A DNA stretch of 64,000 bases from the NCBI GenBank assembly GCA_016786925.1, contig JAEUTU010000129.1, forward strand, positions 17,792 through 81,791. Reading direction: 5' to 3'. Positions 59,034-64,000 of this stretch are shown one piece after another. A program made the translations under genes and the position numbers. Each line of letters opens with the position of its first letter. Within the stretch, counting starts at the first letter, position 1. The stretch is from Bacteroidia bacterium. Lineage in GTDB: Bacteria; Bacteroidota; Bacteroidia; 2-12-FULL-35-15. The notes under the pieces were generated by a model. The model saw only the letters and a list, made by a program, of their open reading frames with translations. It did not search any database and was not told the origin of the DNA.

Positions 59034-60134
59034 TTAAACGTTAAATCTAAAATGCATTAGATCACCATCATTCACCACATATTCTTTTCCTTCAACGCCC
59101 ATTTTACCTGCTTCTTTACATGCAGCTTCAGAACCTAATGAAATAAAATCATTGTACTTGATCACTTCTGCACGGATAAATCCTTTTTCAAAATCGGTAT
59201 GAATTACTCCGGCTGCTTGTGGAGCTGTCATTCCTTTGGTAATGGTCCATGCACGTACTTCTTTCACACCTGCAGTAAAATAAGTTTGAAGGTTAAGTAA
59301 TTTATAAGCGGCTTTGATCAATTTATTTACGCCCGGTTCTTGCAAGCCGATCTCACTTAAAAACATTTGACGTTCTTCGAATGTATCCAAACTAGCGATC
59401 TCAGCTTCCATAGCAGCTGTAATGATCAGCACTTCTGCATTTTCATTTTTCACTGCTTCTCTTACAGCATCCACATACTTATTTCCTGTATTTACAGAAG
59501 CTTCATCTACATTACACACATACAACACAGGTTTGATCGTCAACAAATGAATATCAGCCACGTAGGGCATTTCTTCCGGAGCCAAATTAGCGGCACGTGC
59601 CGATTGTCCTTGCTCCAATAATTCTTTTATTCTCAAAAGAATGTCATATGCTTTCTTTGCATCTTTATCATTTCCTGTTTTAGCTTGCTTTTCAACACGT
59701 TTCAGTTTGGCATCAACCGATTCCAGATCTTTCAATTGCAATTCAGTATCAATGATCTCTTTATCGCGCACAGGATTCACAGAACCATCCACGTGTACCA
59801 CATTCGCATCATCAAAGCAACGCAATACGTGAATGATCGCATTTGTTTCTCTGATATTTGCCAAAAATTTATTTCCCAAACCTTCTCCTTTGCTGGCTCC
59901 TTTTACCAAACCGGCAATATCAACGATCTCAACCGTTGTAGGAACTACACGCTCCGGATTAACTAATTTCTCCAACGTTGCTAAGCGCTCATCCGGCACT
60001 GTGATCACACCTACATTGGGCTCGATCGTACAAAAAGGAAAATTCGCTGCTTGCGCTTTTGCATTTGATAAACAATTAAATAAAGTTGATTTTCCAACAT
60101 TGGGTAATCCCACAATTCCGCACTGTAATGCCAT
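59034..60134 (-). CDS. ychF: Ribosome-binding ATPase YchF (Obg-like GTPase family)
   Basis: GIVGLPNVGKSTLFN. TGS C-terminal domain. 366 aa. Confidence 0.95.
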   Translation of the reverse strand: MALQCGIVGLPNVGKSTLFNCLSNAKAQAANFPFCTIEPNVGVITVPDERLATLEKLVNPERVVPTTVEIVDIAGLVKGASKGEGLGNKFLANIRETNAIIHVLRCFDDANVVHVDGSVNPVRDKEIIDTELQLKDLESVDAKLKRVEKQAKTGNDKDAKKAYDILLRIKELLEQGQSARAANLAPEEMPYVADIHLLTIKPVLYVCNVDEASVNTGNKYVDAVREAVKNENAEVLIITAAMEAEIASLDTFEERQMFLSEIGLQEPGVNKLIKAAYKLLNLQTYFTAGVKEVRAWTITKGMTAPQAAGVIHTDFEKGFIRAEVIKYNDFISLGSEAACKEAGKMGVEGKEYVVNDGDLMHFRFNV

Positions 60135-60397
60135 TTTCTAATTTTTATTTGTTAATTTTTGATTTGTTGATTGAAACATGAACAACGGAATTCTAAAAAT
60201 CTACCATTTTAAAATTCCGGAACTAATTTAAGCCTGCAAATATAACCAACCAGCGGCTTATATAAAATCGATAAGCCCCTTAAATCTATTGAGTTTTCAA
60301 CAATAAAAACATATTTTCAACAATACATCAAAGGCTTGTAAAAAGTGGTACTTTTGATCGCTATTAAACAAAAAATCAAAAAATAATCAACATAATT

Positions 60398-61246
60398 ATG
60401 GCTTCAACGGCAGAATTGGAAAAAATCGTTACACAAGTTCGCAGAGATATCGTTAGAATGGTTCATGCAGTAAATTCAGGACATCCGGGTGGATCTTTGG
60501 GCTGTACCGAATATCTGGTAGCACTTTACTTCGACATCATGAAACACAATCCTTCAAAATTCTCGATGGACGGTATTGGCGAAGACCTATTTTTCCTTTC
60601 GAATGGACATATTTCTCCTGTTTTTTACAGCGTTCTTTCCCGTTCAGGTTATTTCCCTGTAAAAGAATTAGCCACATTCAGAAAGCTAAACTCACGCTTA
60701 CAGGGGCATCCAACCACCCACGAACATTTAGAAGGCGTTCGTATGGCTTCAGGATCATTGGGACAAGGATTATCCAATGCCATTGGTGCTGCTTTGGCAA
60801 AAAAGCTAAACAAGGACAACAGCATCGTTTATTCTTTGCATGGTGATGGTGAATTGCAGGAAGGACAAATTTGGGAAGCGGCCATGTATGCTTCTGCAAA
60901 AAATGTAGATAATTTAATTGCTACAGTGGATATGAATGGTCAGCAAATTGACGGTTCAACCGATAAAGTATTGAACATGGGAAGCTTACGTGCTAAATTT
61001 GAAGCATTCGGCTGGCATGTGCTTGACCTTGAAAAAGGAAATGATATCGCATCGGTTGTAAATGCATTAAATACAGCAAAAGCACATACAGGCAAAGGCA
61101 AACCGGTGATGATCCTTATGAAAACAGAAATGGGTAATGGTGTTGATTTTATGATGGGAAGCCATAAATGGCATGGTGTTGCACCAAACGATGAACAATT
61201 GGCACAGGCTTTGAATCAAAATGCTGAAACACTTGGAGATTACTAA
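60398..61246 (+). CDS. Transketolase, N-terminal subunit (TPP-binding)
   Basis: GHPGGSLG. GDGELQEG (the GDG TPP motif). 282 aa. Confidence 0.9.
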   Translation: MASTAELEKIVTQVRRDIVRMVHAVNSGHPGGSLGCTEYLVALYFDIMKHNPSKFSMDGIGEDLFFLSNGHISPVFYSVLSRSGYFPVKELATFRKLNSRLQGHPTTHEHLEGVRMASGSLGQGLSNAIGAALAKKLNKDNSIVYSLHGDGELQEGQIWEAAMYASAKNVDNLIATVDMNGQQIDGSTDKVLNMGSLRAKFEAFGWHVLDLEKGNDIASVVNALNTAKAHTGKGKPVMILMKTEMGNGVDFMMGSHKWHGVAPNDEQLAQALNQNAETLGDY

Positions 61247-61284
61247 ACTCAAAACATTAGATCCAAGACTCAAGACCTGTACAC

Positions 61285-62694
61285 ATGAGAAACAATAATT
61301 TTTTTCTGATACTAAAACATCAATTTTCAAGACTACTTCTGTCTTGTTTCTTGATTCTTGCATCTAACCTATCTACAAATGCTCAATCAGCAAAACCATT
61401 AACACGTATCGAATTTGTTTTTGATGCTTCTTTTAGCATGTTTGGTCAATGGCAAAGCGGGATGAAAATGGACATTGCGAAAAAAATGCTATCAGAATTT
61501 TTGGATAGCATCCAAAAAGTGGATAACACAAACTTAGAGATCGCCTTCCGTTGCTACGGACATCAGGTACCATTACGTCCCGAGCGCAGTTGCACCGATA
61601 CCAAATTGGAAGTACCATTTGGAAAAAATAACGCTACTGCCATCAAAAATAAACTAAAGCAGATCGTACCAAAAGGGACAACCCCTATTGCATATACCTT
61701 AGAACAATGTGGAAACGACTTCCCTACAGCTTCATCACCCAATGTTAGAAACATCATTATTTTGATCACTGATGGTATTGAGGAATGTGATGGCGACCCT
61801 TGTGCTGTATCCTTAGCGCTTCAGAAAAAAGGGATCATACTAAAGCCATTCGTCATTGGAGTTGGCTTGGATCAAAGCTACATGAACACATTTGGTTGTG
61901 TTGGAAAATTTTATGATGCTTCCAGCGAAGCTAGTTTCAAAAACATTTTGAACATTGTTGTTTCTCAAGCTTTAAACAACACGACTGTTCAAGTAAACTT
62001 GAACGACCAGATCGGAAAGCCTTCTGAAACTGATGTGAACATGACCTTTTATGATGAACAAACAGGCATGATCCGCTATAATTATATTCACACGATCAAT
62101 AACAAAGGTGTTCCTGATACAGTGGTGATCGACCCGATCGGCACCTACAAAATGGTAGTACATACCATACCTCCTGTAGAAAAAACAAAGATCGAACTCA
62201 TTCCGGGTAAGCATAACATCATTGCAGTAGATGCGCCTCAAGGCAACTTAAGTATTAAAACTAGCGGAAGCTCAAGTGTAGATTGTATCGTTAGAAAACA
62301 CAATGATATGCAAACGCTTCATGTACAACAGATCAACACAAGCGAAAAATACATAGTTGGAAAATATGATATTGAAATTCTAACCTTACCTCGTATCAAA
62401 ATGAATAAGGTAGATGTATCACAAAGTAAGACAACCTCTGTTGAGATTCCGCAAGCGGGTAGTGTTTCTATCCAAAAACCAAGTGAAGGCTATGGAAGTT
62501 TATATGTGGAAGAAAACAACAAAATGGTTTGGGTATGCAACCTGAATACCAATCTAACCCAAGAGACAATCGTATTACAACCGGGAAGATACAGAGTGGA
62601 ATTCCGTCCAAAAAATGCAAGAGAATCAATATACACCATAGAAAAAGGATTTAAAATTGAATCGGGTATTTCTACCCCATTGAAATTATACTAA
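61285..62694 (+). CDS. Secreted von Willebrand factor A (vWA) domain protein with a C-terminal beta-rich domain
   Basis: Signal peptide. MIDAS-like DASFSM (DxSxS) at the start of an alpha/beta vWA fold. It lies between the two transketolase subunit genes. Confidence 0.65.
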   Translation: MRNNNFFLILKHQFSRLLLSCFLILASNLSTNAQSAKPLTRIEFVFDASFSMFGQWQSGMKMDIAKKMLSEFLDSIQKVDNTNLEIAFRCYGHQVPLRPERSCTDTKLEVPFGKNNATAIKNKLKQIVPKGTTPIAYTLEQCGNDFPTASSPNVRNIIILITDGIEECDGDPCAVSLALQKKGIILKPFVIGVGLDQSYMNTFGCVGKFYDASSEASFKNILNIVVSQALNNTTVQVNLNDQIGKPSETDVNMTFYDEQTGMIRYNYIHTINNKGVPDTVVIDPIGTYKMVVHTIPPVEKTKIELIPGKHNIIAVDAPQGNLSIKTSGSSSVDCIVRKHNDMQTLHVQQINTSEKYIVGKYDIEILTLPRIKMNKVDVSQSKTTSVEIPQAGSVSIQKPSEGYGSLYVEENNKMVWVCNLNTNLTQETIVLQPGRYRVEFRPKNARESIYTIEKGFKIESGISTPLKLY

Positions 62695-62701
62695 AAGAAA
62701 T

Positions 62702-63658
62702 ATGAAAAAGTACACTTACACTGAGAAAAAAGACACCCGTTCAGGCTTTGGAGCCGGATTATCTGAATTAGGAAAAACAAATCCGAATGTGGTTGCATTG
62801 TGTGCCGATCTTACCGGCTCATTAAAAATGGATGCATTTGCAAAAGATCATCCGGAGCGCTTTTTTCAAGTTGGTATTGCCGAAGCAAACATGATCGGTA
62901 TTGCAGCAGGATTAACCATTGGCGGTAAAATTCCTTTTACAGGAACATTTGCCAATTTCTCTACAGGCAGAGTGTACGACCAAATTCGTCAATCAGTAGC
63001 CTACTCCGATAAAAACGTAAAAATATGCGCATCCCATGCCGGCTTAACACTTGGTGAAGATGGAGCTACACACCAAATATTAGAAGATCTTGGATTAATG
63101 AAAATGCTACCCGGAATGGTGGTGATCAATCCATGCGATTACAATCAGACAAAAGCAGCAACAATTGCTATTGCTGATTATCATGGTCCGGTTTACCTTC
63201 GTTTCGGACGTCCAACTGTACCTAATTTTACTCCTGCAGATCAAAAATTCGAGATCGGAAAAGCTGTAATGCTAAATGAAGGAACCGATGTTTCGATCTT
63301 TGCAACTGGGCATCTAGTGTGGAAAGCAATTGAAGCTGGAGAGCAATTAGCAGCTCAAGGAATCAGTGCTGAAATAATAAATATTCATACCATTAAACCT
63401 TTAGATAATTCGGCAGTCATAAACTCGGCTAAAAAAACAAAATGTGTTGTTACAGCTGAAGAGCACCAAATGAATGGCGGTTTAGGTGATAGCATCGCGC
63501 AATTATTAGCGCGTGAGCTACCAACACCTTTAGAAATGGTTGCAGTGAACGATAGCTTTGGCGAAAGTGGAACACCGGATCAGCTGATGACTAAATATGG
63601 CTTGGATGCCATCAACATTATTGAAGCAGCAAAAAAAGTGATCGCACGTAAAGCATAA
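62702..63658 (+). CDS. Transketolase, C-terminal subunit (pyrimidine-binding plus C-terminal domains)
   Basis: FQVGIAEANMIGIAAGL. 318 aa. Confidence 0.9.
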   Translation: MKKYTYTEKKDTRSGFGAGLSELGKTNPNVVALCADLTGSLKMDAFAKDHPERFFQVGIAEANMIGIAAGLTIGGKIPFTGTFANFSTGRVYDQIRQSVAYSDKNVKICASHAGLTLGEDGATHQILEDLGLMKMLPGMVVINPCDYNQTKAATIAIADYHGPVYLRFGRPTVPNFTPADQKFEIGKAVMLNEGTDVSIFATGHLVWKAIEAGEQLAAQGISAEIINIHTIKPLDNSAVINSAKKTKCVVTAEEHQMNGGLGDSIAQLLARELPTPLEMVAVNDSFGESGTPDQLMTKYGLDAINIIEAAKKVIARKA

Positions 63659-63715
63659 GGTATACTACCGGATGCTATTGACGATCAAAGATTTCAAACA
63701 ATAGCAAAAGGTTAG

Positions 63716-64000
63716 ATGAGCGAATACGACAAAGAACTCCTTCAAAAATTCAGAGATCCTGAAACGCGAAATTATGCGTTCAATCTGTTGGTGCGTGAGT
63801 ACCAAAAAAGACTGTATTGGCATATCCGCAAGATCTTGATCGATCACGATGATACTGATGATGTTCTGCAAAATGTCTTCATAAAAGTATGGAAAGGCTT
63901 AGACGGTTTTAAGGAAGAATCCCAATTATATACCTGGCTTTATCGCATTGCCACCAATGAATCCATTACTTTTTTAAATCAAAAGAAAAAACGTGCCGGT
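63716..64000 (+). CDS. ECF-subfamily RNA polymerase sigma-70 factor (5' part; continues beyond the window end)
   Basis: Sigma-70 region 2 motifs: DDTDDVLQNVFIKVW...YTWLYRIATNESI. Confidence 0.8.
   Translation, partial: MSEYDKELLQKFRDPETRNYAFNLLVREYQKRLYWHIRKILIDHDDTDDVLQNVFIKVWKGLDGFKEESQLYTWLYRIATNESITFLNQKKKRAG

Noticed and set aside
63665-63871. 68-aa minus-strand ORF overlapping the ECF sigma factor start
   Set aside because: It is opposite a sigma-70 region-2 frame with clear motifs. There is no support.

Overview
This 64-kb window reads as chromosomal DNA from a Bacteroidota (Bacteroidetes) organism. The evidence is several proteins ending in type IX secretion (T9SS) C-terminal sorting domains of both type A and type B, TAnnTTTG-type -7 promoter boxes 20-45 bp upstream of several start codons, and many ATGA/TAATG start-stop overlaps. 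Read by eye, I found no rRNA, tRNA, CRISPR array, transposase, integrase or phage genes.

The window is almost entirely coding, with about 54 CDS.

Recognisable housekeeping genes:
- atpD-atpC
- mlaE-mlaF-mlaD
- ribF
- murA
- parC-parE (topoisomerase IV)
- ychF
- a split transketolase (separate N- and C-terminal genes) interrupted by a vWA-domain gene
- an ECF sigma factor (partial at the 3' edge)
- a TPR membrane sensor with a SpoIIE/PP2C phosphatase domain (partial at the 5' edge)

The accessory part is a roughly 24-kb surface-glycan locus at about 2.7-27.1 kb. Its core is an 11-gene, 12.6-kb minus-strand operon (7470-20091) with overlapping or nearly abutting junctions that encodes a legionaminic-acid-type nonulosonic acid pathway. 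The members are:
- a 4,6-dehydratase
- a DegT aminotransferase
- a NeuD/PglD-like N-acetyltransferase
- a hydrolysing 2-epimerase (NeuC-like)
- a NeuB-like synthase
- a NeuA-like CMP-sugar synthetase
- a PtmE-like CBS-domain nucleotidyltransferase
- two Gfo/Idh/MocA oxidoreductases and an SGNH-like hydrolase at the head

Flanking this operon are:
- a CstII-like (GT42) sialyltransferase candidate
- two SAM-dependent methyltransferases
- a GT4 glycosyltransferase
- an epimerase
- a Wzx-type flippase
- a YfhO-family membrane glycosyltransferase
- a prolyl-hydroxylase-like dioxygenase / SDR / radical-SAM-SPASM trio

The most unusual feature is a 1123-aa T9SS type-B (gliding-motility-associated C-terminal domain) repeat adhesin sitting inside the sugar-biosynthesis operon. 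It is translationally coupled on both sides, between the NeuC-like and NeuD-like genes. It carries many D(S/T)(A/I/L/V/M/T) Bacteroidetes O-glycosylation sequons at equivalent positions in its repeated Ig-like modules. My working hypothesis is a dedicated, legionaminic-acid-decorated surface adhesin or protein O-glycosylation module. I have not seen this arrangement described.

Other points worth a second look:
- a 658-aa polytopic membrane protein paired with a 67-aa membrane peptide
- ribF coupled to an LRR protein and a CHAP amidase
- a WD40 protein coupled to a LolE-like permease
- the vWA gene splitting the transketolase halves

All calls come from reading the translations and the sequence by eye. 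No database search was run.
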